Origin: Tetramitus jugosus
Taxonomy: Eukaryota; Protista; Heterolobosea
Assembly: GCA_937625935.1 (NCBI GenBank)
Contig: OW569363.1
Location: forward strand, 62,001 to 126,000
Length of the DNA: 64,000 nt
Reading direction: 5' to 3'
Shown here: positions 1-10,100 of the stretch, piece after piece
Position numbering within the stretch: position 1 is the first letter of the stretch
Layout of the letters: the number at the start of each line of letters is the position of its first letter
Position numbers and translations under genes: made by a program
Notes under the pieces: model-generated
What the model was told of the DNA's origin: nothing
The model's database searches: none
What the model saw: only the letters and a program-made list of their open reading frames with translations

Positions 1-895
1 GTTCCCATAGAGTATTCAAGTACACATCACGATAACCAGCATTTGTAGAGAACAAATCGACATCCAATTCGTCCATCAACAAGTTGTAGCTTTGAGGCAA
101 ATCGACTTCGAATGTAGTAACAGGAATAATTCTGTTCCACTTCTTCAACGTGTACTCACGAACTCGAACAATCATATCATTCACAGTCTTTCTCAACTCT
201 GGCTTTGTGTACAATCCGAGTTCGTTACCAATAGCCCACATCAATAGAGCTGGATGGTTACCAACTTCATCGACACGTGCCTCAATAAATCTTTGCAAAT
301 CTTCAGTTGAGAACAAGGTAAGGATAGCCTCTTCGGAGACAATAGGAACAATCACCTTAATGTTATACTTGTGAGCAGTATCCATGAAGGTCTTGTGATC
401 GGCAGCATATTGCTTGAATGTTTCGAACTTTGGATAAACTCCAGGGAACTTGTCGAACAACACCTTTGTGAATGATTCCATGTGGTAGATACGGATGGTG
501 TTTGCGCCCAATTCTTGCATCAGGGGGAAATCACGCTCCCAAACAGCTTGCCACCAAGGAGTATCAGGAGCAGGAGAGCCCTTGTTATCACTGACAACAC
601 CATCAAAGTAATCTTCATAGTAGCAGGCATTGTAAAACACTCCCTCATAATTGACCTTTCTGGAACACATGCCAGCAGTATTAGGTCTGCCCAAAGGTTG
701 AGGAGAGTAGTTTAGACCCTTGATAAAGAATTGTTCAGAACCAGTGAACAACTTGTTATCCTTGATGAATACATCACTCTCATCATACTTGGTCTTCATG
801 GTAATCTCACCATAAGTAGAGGCATACAGAGTAAAGAGCATGACAAGGGATAGCAACAGAGCTAGCCCAGATTTTTGAAGCTTGGATATGTTCAT
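1..895 (-). CDS. Secreted clan GH-A (TIM-barrel, GH2/GH72-like) glycoside hydrolase, 5' part; runs off the window start
   Basis: Own translation from ATG at 895: hydrophobic signal (LALLLSLVMLFTLYAS), then FFIKGLNYSP, RDFPLMQELGANTIRIYH and LLMWAIGNEL (NE acid/base motif). The frame is open to base 1. It is absent from the ORF track because there is no stop in the window. Confidence 0.8.
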   Translation of the reverse strand, partial: MNISKLQKSGLALLLSLVMLFTLYASTYGEITMKTKYDESDVFIKDNKLFTGSEQFFIKGLNYSPQPLGRPNTAGMCSRKVNYEGVFYNACYYEDYFDGVVSDNKGSPAPDTPWWQAVWERDFPLMQELGANTIRIYHMESFTKVLFDKFPGVYPKFETFKQYAADHKTFMDTAHKYNIKVIVPIVSEEAILTLFSTEDLQRFIEARVDEVGNHPALLMWAIGNELGLYTKPELRKTVNDMIVRVREYTLKKWNRIIPVTTFEVDLPQSYNLLMDELDVDLFSTNAGYRDVYLNTLWE

Positions 896-1169
896 GGGAT
901 AGATAGTACGAAGTCAGATCTGAGGGATATAAAGATATACAAATTGTGATATAGATGATTGTTTGTTGTTGTGTGAGAGGTGTTGAGACCAGATTGCGGA
1001 ACGAGAATTTAAATTAAGGGTCTGAACCTCTTGCACAATGGCTATCTTCGACGGAGCCACAATCTAATAATTATCATTTGAGAGAGAAGTGCCTTGATGT
1101 CACATATTTTATGGTTGCCCAAAAATAGTTTATCCGATCCGTGAAAATCGGAACCTTCTATTATCTTTT

Positions 1170-1859
1170 GTGTCACCCACAAACACAATAGAACAAAACT
1201 ACAAGCCCATTTTTGATTTTGGTATGTTGGGAGAATCTGCAATTAGTCATTGGCATAGTAACAAGTGCGATCTGGCATCCGATAACGTCGTTTGTCTGGT
1301 GATTGATATTGTACATGATTTTATGTCACCGGATGGAGTTTTTTTTGGCGTCTACGGAGCGGAAGATTCCGCGCCTGTCCATAATGTGAAGGATCAGATT
1401 GAACAACTGTTATTACAGTGTCAGGATAAGGGAATTTCGGCGATTGAGTGCAGTTCGGAATACACTTACAAGCAGTTTAGAACAAAGGGACTAGAGAATC
1501 TGTGTGTGAGTGATGAAGGAAGACAGAGTTGCCTGCCTTCTCATTTTTTCAAGCTTCGTGTGACCAAGAACACCAATGGCTTGTTTGATTTGGTCGACAA
1601 GGAGTTATTGAATGAGTTGGAGAAAGAGCTAACAGACAAGTATGTGCTTGTTGTGGGTGTAACGACTAGTTCATGCATACGTCAGAGTGTTCATGCGCTG
1701 ATTGAACGCAACTTCAAAGTGATTGTTGCAAGAGATGCAGTAGCCTGTCGCAAGAGTCAATCACTGAATGGAGAGAAAACATTGAATGGGTGGTCATTGG
1801 ATAGTGAGAAGCGTGTATTTGTGTTCAACTCTTGGAGAGATGTCTTGTCATTGTTGTAA
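1170..1859 (+). CDS. Isochorismatase-family cysteine hydrolase
   Basis: LVIDIVHDF, VTKNT and VVGVTTSSCIRQS give the D-K-C triad, followed by FKVIVARDAVA. The first in-frame ATG is at 1224. Confidence 0.8.
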   Translation: MSPTNTIEQNYKPIFDFGMLGESAISHWHSNKCDLASDNVVCLVIDIVHDFMSPDGVFFGVYGAEDSAPVHNVKDQIEQLLLQCQDKGISAIECSSEYTYKQFRTKGLENLCVSDEGRQSCLPSHFFKLRVTKNTNGLFDLVDKELLNELEKELTDKYVLVVGVTTSSCIRQSVHALIERNFKVIVARDAVACRKSQSLNGEKTLNGWSLDSEKRVFVFNSWRDVLSLL

Positions 1860-1908
1860 CACCTATTGACACTACCAGAGCTTTTATTACTCAATGAATA
1901 AACAAGTT

Positions 1909-2223
1909 TTACTCACAACAATCGTTTGCCGGAGACATGTCATGATCTCTTTTCATGAGGAGAAAGAGAACATCCATGTGCTTATTCGCCCTGAACAGCT
2001 TTTGCTGTTCTTCTTCTGTCAAGTCTCTGCATTCGACAAACCTTATCCTCCTAAAGTGAGTTTTTAGAGTTTCATACTCATCAAGATAGTTATAAAACGT
2101 GCTTTCAATATGAGAACTAACCGTCTCTCTGGCGATCGTTGGGTCATTTTGATCAATGATAAAGTTAGTGAAGAAGCGTGGAGCATTGTTTGTTGAGCAA
2201 GTTCTACCTGTTAGCTTGAGCAT
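1909..2223 (-). CDS. Hypothetical protein, 104 aa
   Basis: ATG-initiated ORF with protein-like composition that fills the gap between two genes; no motif recognised. Confidence 0.5.
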   Translation of the reverse strand: MLKLTGRTCSTNNAPRFFTNFIIDQNDPTIARETVSSHIESTFYNYLDEYETLKTHFRRIRFVECRDLTEEEQQKLFRANKHMDVLFLLMKRDHDMSPANDCCE

Positions 2224-2465
2224 GTTGGTTGAAGTTGTTTAAAGCTTTGAATTTCCTGTCTGCAGAAAGTTAACATTCTCTAGAACCCTTGGTAGCGGAA
2301 ACTGCTGTCGACCGTTTTTCTGTAATCTTGATTTTTGACAGGCGGAGTTCAATTACTGACTTGCACCGGTAGTTATTGGCACTGACCACAAAAACTTGAC
2401 GAACTTCTTGCGAGAATAGCCTCTCTAGAAACAAAGCAACACAAAGAGACAAACAATATCAAAGA

Positions 2466-3338
2466 ATGAAAAGTGAGACGATACAACATTCCAACCTGAG
2501 AGTCACACTTCGACTCTTGTCCTTTGTGGAAGAAGAATTCGACACGGATGACATCACAGAACAGCAATTCGAGGGCAAATACCCGCCTCTATCTCTCTTT
2601 TTTGATCCTCAACCCAGTTCTGTCGCACCAGATGACGATGGTGACAATGAAGAGACTGTTTCTGCTGCTGCTCTGTCAGAGCCAGAATTGAAAAATAGTC
2701 CTGGCGAAGACAACAACAAGCATGTAGGTGCGGCACAGAGAGGGAGGAGGACAAAAGCACTCACTCCCAACATGAAAGAATTTTATCGGACGTTGTTCCC
2801 CAGTGGTAGATCAAGTGAACACTTGGGTGGTTTTTGCTTTGATTTCAATGGTAAAGGTTGGTGCTATGCAAAGACTTCTGAAGTCGTGCCATTGACCATG
2901 GATAGCGTTCAATTCATGTCCGAGTGGATCCACGTTTTGAAAACTGTGTTGCAATGGAGGGAACCCAACACTCAACAATTTGACTTTGACATACACGGAG
3001 AGGGATTCACACTTGTGGTTGACTGTCAGAAGCCTGCACGTGATAGTTACGGGTCTGAAATCGAGGGAACTATAGAGTTCAGACATTTGGGACACATGAG
3101 AATGAGAGAAGACGACGATTCATGGATGACAGAAGATGAATTCGATCCTGATTTCAACCCAGGTCCAAAAACAGCTCGCCTGGAGCAATTTGTCACTCAG
3201 ATGATTCACGAATTGTCCATGTTTCATCAAATGATCCAAACATGCACTTCTTGCGGCGTATTGAAACATGGAACTAAGAACCAAATTGATCACTTGAACG
3301 AAGAATTCCTGGATGACATTGCAGACATACTGCAATAG
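2466..3338 (+). CDS. Hypothetical acidic protein, 290 aa
   Basis: Long ATG ORF with acidic linkers and a single CxxC near the C-terminus; no family recognised. Confidence 0.7.
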   Translation: MKSETIQHSNLRVTLRLLSFVEEEFDTDDITEQQFEGKYPPLSLFFDPQPSSVAPDDDGDNEETVSAAALSEPELKNSPGEDNNKHVGAAQRGRRTKALTPNMKEFYRTLFPSGRSSEHLGGFCFDFNGKGWCYAKTSEVVPLTMDSVQFMSEWIHVLKTVLQWREPNTQQFDFDIHGEGFTLVVDCQKPARDSYGSEIEGTIEFRHLGHMRMREDDDSWMTEDEFDPDFNPGPKTARLEQFVTQMIHELSMFHQMIQTCTSCGVLKHGTKNQIDHLNEEFLDDIADILQ

Positions 3339-3578
3339 TAGAATCCTGTAAAAATCCATGTACATTCCACTTTTCTTCTCCTCTAAACATTACCTTTCCA
3401 TTTGTGCTGTTCAAACACACAGAAACTCTCACAAAAATGATCGTATTCCCATCCCTCGTAAACATTTTTGGCGCGAAATAACATTGCATGTTCAACAAAA
3501 AAACTTGAATGTTCACCACAAAGACAAACACAAAAACAAAATCAATTCCACACAACCAACACCAACACGACAACAATC

Positions 3579-4292
3579 ATGAAGCCATCAGTACTCATAC
3601 CGGGCATGTCAGCCCAACTCTCCAACATTCCTACTGCATCAGGATCATCAGAGTTCACTCTCAACACGAGCACTCAAGTCTCCTGTGCCGTCTATCACAC
3701 TGAAGTCAAACCAAGACAGGAACAACCACAGAGAGCAACCATTGAAGTACTCATTAGACCACTCAATGGTAAAATAACGCATAAAACGAGAGAATTTGAG
3801 AATATGATACGAAATTGTTTGGAGTATGCGATACAGACATCGATTTACCCTAGAAGCTTAATACGTGTGGTGTTTCAAGTCATGAGAAGACAATCAATCA
3901 GCAGTGGAAGTGGTACTGACAATGCAACGTCGACAGATGGTCACTTGTTGGCTTGTTTGCTCAATGCGAGCATGTTAGCTCTGATGAATGCGAGTGTGGC
4001 CATCAAGAGTCTGTTGTCTGCTTGTACGTTTGAGACGTTGGGTCACGGATATGCCTTTTTTGTGTATGAGAGAGGTGATTCGTCATCCAACAACAATATC
4101 ACACCGTTGAATCAGCTCGTGTGTTCCCATGTCGAAGGATTTTTGTTTGTCGATGAGACGGACAAGGATGAAAAGTTGTTTGACGAGTACATCAAGTATG
4201 GTGCCAAGGACATTTCTCCACACATTTTCCAATTCTTTAGAGAAGTCTTGTCATCCAACAGCAACCTTGCAATTGTATCCCAGCAACAGTAA
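3579..4292 (+). CDS. RRP46: Exosome complex RNase PH-like subunit Rrp46
   Basis: ASGSSEF..TQVSCAVY, RATIEVLIRP, YPRSLIRVVFQV and DGHLLACLLNASMLALMNASV. ATG 3579 follows a CAA-rich leader. Confidence 0.85.
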   Translation: MKPSVLIPGMSAQLSNIPTASGSSEFTLNTSTQVSCAVYHTEVKPRQEQPQRATIEVLIRPLNGKITHKTREFENMIRNCLEYAIQTSIYPRSLIRVVFQVMRRQSISSGSGTDNATSTDGHLLACLLNASMLALMNASVAIKSLLSACTFETLGHGYAFFVYERGDSSSNNNITPLNQLVCSHVEGFLFVDETDKDEKLFDEYIKYGAKDISPHIFQFFREVLSSNSNLAIVSQQQ

Positions 4293-4412
4293 AACCAATA
4301 TATTTCATTTCCCGCTCTTCTCCGTCACCACAATTCTGTTTCTCCTACTTGGACACCACACCAAAAAGAAAAAGCAAAAAAATCAACAACAGCAACACTA
4401 AAAACGCACAAA

Positions 4413-5255
4413 ATGAGCAGTGAAGAATCGACGTCCTCTCCAGCCACACCAACAACACCAACCACCACCACCACCTCCGTCGATCAACAAACAACATCAA
4501 ATGAAAATGTATTTCTAGTAGAGAGTGTTCCCAGAGGCTTTCACAGTGCCATTGAAATTCTCAACATTCTCCCAGAGGCACTCATTGATGAAATGGCATT
4601 CAAAATACTGGCCAATCTCAACAACAATAATCATCACAGTAGTATCAACGTGGATCAACTTGTTCATACATTGACATTTGACCTCAAATTCAACTTGCAA
4701 CAAATTTTGTTTCAACAACAATTGTCGAGTCAAAAAATGAGAACGCCATTGCAGAGACAACTCATTACGGATGAGCAGGACTTGCTCGAAAGAAGTGTGA
4801 GTCAAGAGATTCAAAACGCTCTCCACTGTATCACATTCATCTACAAGAGTGCCATGAGAAACAAGGTGACGAGTGCAGCCATGTTTGCAAAGTGCATTCG
4901 TAGACAGACACAAATGGAAACGAATCGTATCAGAATTCTTCAACAACATTATCATCGTTCACTGTCATTGAGTGGTGATGACAAGGTGATGAGTAAAACA
5001 ATGTTTCATTTGCAGAGATTGAAGGGCATGGATTGGAAGTTGTCTGTCAGTATGTCTTCCTTTTGTTGTGAACAGTTGAATGATGCAAAGGTGACTCTGG
5101 TGTTCACGTTGGATGAAGATCGAGCTCAATCTTCTTCTTCTGCTTCTTCTTCTTCTGTCAAGGTGACAAAGCACAGTGTGGAGTTGTCCTTGGAGGAGTT
5201 TAAGCAATTTTATGCTTCGTTTGCCGATATGGCCAATTTAATTACTACACTATAA
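4413..5255 (+). CDS. COMM-domain protein (COMMD family)
   Basis: C-terminal LKGMDWKLSVSMSS...VTLVFTL...SVELSLEEFKQFY COMM signature. Confidence 0.85.
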   Translation: MSSEESTSSPATPTTPTTTTTSVDQQTTSNENVFLVESVPRGFHSAIEILNILPEALIDEMAFKILANLNNNNHHSSINVDQLVHTLTFDLKFNLQQILFQQQLSSQKMRTPLQRQLITDEQDLLERSVSQEIQNALHCITFIYKSAMRNKVTSAAMFAKCIRRQTQMETNRIRILQQHYHRSLSLSGDDKVMSKTMFHLQRLKGMDWKLSVSMSSFCCEQLNDAKVTLVFTLDEDRAQSSSSASSSSVKVTKHSVELSLEEFKQFYASFADMANLITTL

Positions 5256-5446
5256 AACAACAACAGCACAACTGCTTGGTGCATTCAATCCAATTCTTGG
5301 TTTCCATTACTGCGCTCCAGCTGGCTTCACACTCCAAACTACTGCTATTCCCCCGCTTTCTTCTTCCATTGGCAGCTCGAACAAAAACGAAAAAAGCTTT
5401 AAAAACAAAAATCAACAAAAGATACTCATCATCAATCAACAACATC

Positions 5447-6116
5447 ATGATCGTTTGCTGTGTAGCTTTCATTGGTAAACATGTACGTCGTCAACACACA
5501 CAACCTATTCTTTGCTTTTTTCACACATCTTTTTCCCCTCAAAACACATCTCATATCTCTCAATTTTTTTGATATTGTTTGTTGTTGTGTTGGACAAAAA
5601 AACAAAAACTTTGATTCTTAGAACAATCCACTGTTTCTCAAAGTGTTTCAAACACTAGAAGACGAAGAACCACTCAAATTCCACTACATTGCTCACACGG
5701 CACTCGATGTTCTCGATGAAAAAATTGCCAGTCGCAAGGAAACGACAAGCAGCAACGACATGTACCTCAGTGTGCTCTTTCCCACTGAAGTTTACAAGAT
5801 TTATGGTTATGTAACCAACTCAAAGACCAAGATTATTGTTGTGGCTGATGATTCTGAGATGAAGGACAATGATATGAAGTCATTGTTTCAAAAATTGCAT
5901 GCACTGTATGTGGATGCAGTGTCGAATCCGTTTTATGTGACGGATAAACCGATTGGATCCAAAAAGTTTGAGGATGATGTGTCCGATGTGGTCTCACAGT
6001 TCTCTGCAAAGTTTTCTAGTCGATCCATGTTTGGTGCAAGTAGCAGTGGTGGTGGCGGTGGTGGTAGTGGCGGTATGAGTGGAACAGGTGGTAGTGGAAC
6101 GAGTCGGAGAAGATGA
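5447..6116 (+). CDS. TRAPPC2L: TRAPP subunit 2-like (sedlin family); 2 exons 5447-5482 and 5622-6116
   Basis: Splicing GTACGT..TTAG (5483-5621) gives MIVCCVAFIGKH|NNPLFL...HTALDVLDEK...YGYVTNSKTKII...YVDAVSNPFY. Confidence 0.9.
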
Positions 6117-6626
6117 ATGCCAGTGACAGCACGTGCTCACATGTAAATTATTATTAGTCTATGCCCAATTAAAAACAATGAATCGAATGGAAGAAATGCA
6201 GAAGTTTTCAACATGTGGTGTTCCTACATTTCCTGCAAAATCTTCAATGACAGCACTCAGATCTTGAGGCAGAAGAATCATAATCTCGCCCTGTTCGCGT
6301 ACCATCCGAGTTTCTCTTTGAGTTCTAGCTAGTCTCTGGTGAATAACAATCGTCATTATTGCAATTTATACAACCATCTTTATTGTATGTTCACTTGCCA
6401 AGCGTTGGCTCCGGAGCTGGTTTTTAGTTGACTAGCAGTCGCTCAGAGTGTCATTGCTGTTTTCTTGTCGTGAATAGGTGATGGAATGTCACGAGGCATC
6501 TCTCTTTCCGTTTAACACATCCGTTGTTTTCATTAGCCATCGCTCGCTGAGCGGTTGTCATTTTGATTCCTGGCATGAAATTAACGGGGTGAAAGCGTGG
6601 AGATAGCTCAATTTCATTGTTTGGGT

Positions 6627-6746
6627 GTCTACGTTCATACAATGGTGGAACCACCTCTTCCCATTTCGAATAGAGAAGTTAAGCACCATCTGGCTGAGTT
6701 AGTATTGAGATAGGAGACTACTCGAGAACCCTCAGTAATGTAGGCT
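6627..6746 (+). rRNA. 5S rRNA
   Basis: GTCTACGTTCATAC...GAAGTTAAGC...GTTAGTA...GGAGAC...GTAGGC, 120 nt. The termini pair (GTCTAC/GTAGGC) and a TTTT Pol III terminator follows. Confidence 0.93.
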
Positions 6747-7011
6747 TTTAACTTTTGAACGTCAACATGGTTTTCCTTGACTCATTGGAGAAGAATAGGT
6801 GATGAGTTGCTTCCAATTCTTCAAACACTTGATTCACAGACTCACTGGTTGCGTCTTCAGAGTCAATCGTCAACATAGGTTATCGTTCTTGAGAAATAGG
6901 GCAAAGACCAATAGAGAACAACGTGCATAGGGTTCACTCTCTGTCACTTGACCGAGAGCCTTTCTGCAGTCGCTGTGTTCCTTCACAATTTGGTTGAATC
7001 ACCAGTCGACA

Positions 7012-7032
7012 ATTTTTCCGCGCATTTCTTTT
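7012..7032 (+). repeat. Target-site duplication, left copy (17-21 bp; last Ts ambiguous with the poly-A tail)
   Basis: ATTTTTCCGCGCATTTCTTTT, identical to 12142-12162. Confidence 0.93.
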
Positions 7033-7178
7033 TTTTTTTTTTTTTTTTTAATACAACCAGTGGTTGCGCTACGCTATTTATTCTGTGTTTCTTCTCTTTA
7101 CACGAGGTAACTAGTATGATTGTGACGGCAGAATGCCGTCACTATTAAAGAATTTTTGTTGCAGATGCTCGCAGAGCA

Positions 7179-10100
7179 TCAGCAACCAGCCATGTTCTTA
7201 GAGCTTGTGAAGAGGCGATGCATCACCTCCACGCATCTCCTCTTGGTGTTGTCCACAAACCGTTTAGCTTTCTGCTTGGCTACCTCCTTCTTGATTCCAC
7301 TCTTCTTGAGTCCTTTGGCCACTTGCTTCACAGCTTGGGTTTCCACCCCTAACATTCCTATCAAGTAGTCTTTACCTGACTTTCTCTGCTCGTTCATTGT
7401 TCGTCTTCCATTGCACCATTGCTGGTTATCAAACCAAATATCAACACATTGCGACTTATGCAGACCCATGGAGCTTAACCTTTTTGCAACCTCCTTTGAG
7501 AGCAAAATTCTAGCCATTCTGGCAACTGGGCAATTCACAAGGCAATGCAGGACCGTCTCTTGCTCAAAATTGCACTTGGGACAAGCCGTGTCCATATCTT
7601 CCACTCCATAGAGATGCTTCACCACGGCTCTTGTGTGAAGTGTTTGGCTTTTGACTTGGGCAATGAACCACTCAAGCTTCCGATCGACCCTAAAGGGGCA
7701 TTTCATAAAGGAGAAGTCTGTTGCACCACCCAAACATGCCTTCTGAATCCACCATAATTTCTCACGACCGATCATCTCTCGATAATGCCGAGTGAAAGCA
7801 TGCCAGATCTGCTGTTTGTCAACCACTTCAAAATCGTCCTTGTACATCAAAATTGGCATGGATGCAGCACAACGGCCATGTGTGACATTGCATTTTAGGA
7901 GTTCGAGGTCCGCGAGAATGTATCCGTATCTCTTCGCACTGATACCAAAGTTACCGTGCGCCCTCACCAGCTCGCTATGCTTGACCCATTTTCCATTTCT
8001 TGTCAGCTGCTCCTTTAAGCTGATACCAATCTTAAAAAACTTCTTTGTCACATCGTTTGGCTGCGACATGGCAAGGTTACAGCCTAAACAATTGACCTCA
8101 TCTCCATATGCGATAGTCAAATTGTTGTTGTGCATGCGTTCCGCGCACCACTTGAGGTATGAGTGTTTGACGAGCTCCAGCCTGTTGTTGGACTGAAAGA
8201 CATTCTCCCTTTGGAATGTTTGCAGAAGCTTGATCTCCTCAAGCGAGTCCAACATCAGCTTGTGAGCTTCGTTGTCATTCTTTCCTCTCAGCATGTCCTT
8301 AACGAACCATGCAGTTCTTACAAGAATGGACTCCTCAATCTTTCGTAGTCCAAACCCACCGTTGTCACTGGAAACCTGTAGCAAATCGGATGGGTACCTC
8401 TTCATTGCCACTGATCCTTGTTTTATGAGTGCCTTGCCCATTTGATTGACTCTATTGATCCACGCTTTAGTCCAGTGAGTGAATTCACAGGCGTAAAGGA
8501 ACACCGGGTGGATGCAGGTGTTAACAATTCTAGCCACTTGTCTCGCTGTGAGCCTCATGATGCCTAGGCGGTTCGCCACTCTCTTCACCTTTTCGAGTGC
8601 CTGCTCCTTTTGTCTTGTCGTACAACCGTTCAGGCTCGTGAAGAGCCCTAACGCCCTGAAAGTTTTTTCACTGCCATTTGCAGGCACAACAACATTATTA
8701 ACCGTTATGTCGTGTTCTGATCTACTTCTGCCCATCTTTCTTACATAGAGTTCCAATTTGTTTGGGTGCATGACCATCCTGAGCATGGACAACACTTCAT
8801 TCATTTTGTTCGCGGTCTTCTCGATGGCTGCCCTGCTATTGGACATTAGGTTGCAGTCATCTACGTACGCAACGTTCCAGATGTCTTGCGACATTGCCAC
8901 ATAGCCCTTGGCAAAACCGGCGGCGTACATCAGTACCGTTTGGTGAACGAGCACATATGTCGTTGGTGACAATGAGTCACCTTGTCTCGTGCCTTTCCCC
9001 ATCAGAAAGCGTCTCGACAACTTCCCAGCCATTACTCTGGCTCCGTTGCCCGTTACCATGTTGTGAACCAAATTGACAATGTGCTCCGGGAATCCAAAGA
9101 ACGAATAAACTTCCTTAATGGCATTATGGGGGACAGAATCGAAAGCCTTTGCGATATCTGTTAGGAGGAGGTACAATTGACCGTCATTCCTGTTCGCATG
9201 GTCAATGACCCCTCTCATAATTGATAACTTTTCCCTTATATCCCTGAACTTTCGGCCTCCCCCTTGTGTGTTCGTAAACAAAGAGGCAGCCTCTGCTGCC
9301 TTTGACACTCGGGCATTGAGTAGCCTAGTGAAGAGCTTCGACAAAGCGCTTAATAGGCATATGGGCCTGTAGTTTGAAATGTCTTGCGCATTGCCTTTCT
9401 TATAAGCAGGAACGATTGTGCATTCCTTCCACCTGTTAGGAAACGTCCCGTGCTCCAGGATATTGTTGAAGAACCCTGACAAAATTTCCGAAAGCTCCCA
9501 ACAGTAGTCCCTGCTATCTGTTCTTGGTAACTTCAACATTTCATTGTGGACTCCATCAGGCCCAGGGCACTTTTTGTTTCTGAGCCATCCAATTGAATCA
9601 CGCACCTCCTCAGTTGTAATCTGCGTAAACTCCTTACTGATGGCATCTTGAGCACTCGGAGCTGGGATAGTCCTGAGATAGGACATGTCTGCCGTTTCCT
9701 GTGAAAACGCGGATTCAAAGTAACTTGCTGCTTTTTCCCCAACACTTTCCCTATCAGAATATGTCATACTCCCCTCATTAACCGTGTTGAGTCTGATGCG
9801 ATTGGCCTTCTTCGCACTTGCAGCAGAGAAGAACTTCGTCGGGTTTACAAACTCCGATGTTCTGGCTGCCCACTCCCATGTTCTGAACTTTTTGTTACTG
9901 TTCCTGACTCTCTCCCCATGGAGCTTCCGACCTACTGTACTCAGTGCAATCCATACCGATTCCTTGGAGAGTTGAGTCCTTGGTTCTCCGTAGTGATTAA
10001 AAACTTTGATGGTTCTTTCAGTTGTCTCTCCACTAACTAGACATCTCAACAAAAGTTCTCTGGCGTTAAGTAACCTTCTAATTCGTCTGTTGTTGCTCCA

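Noticed and set aside
6747-6876. 42-codon minus-strand ORF (MLTIDSEDATSESVNQ...) between the 5S gene and the retrotransposon
   Set aside because: Too short, no motif, and no supportable splice partner.
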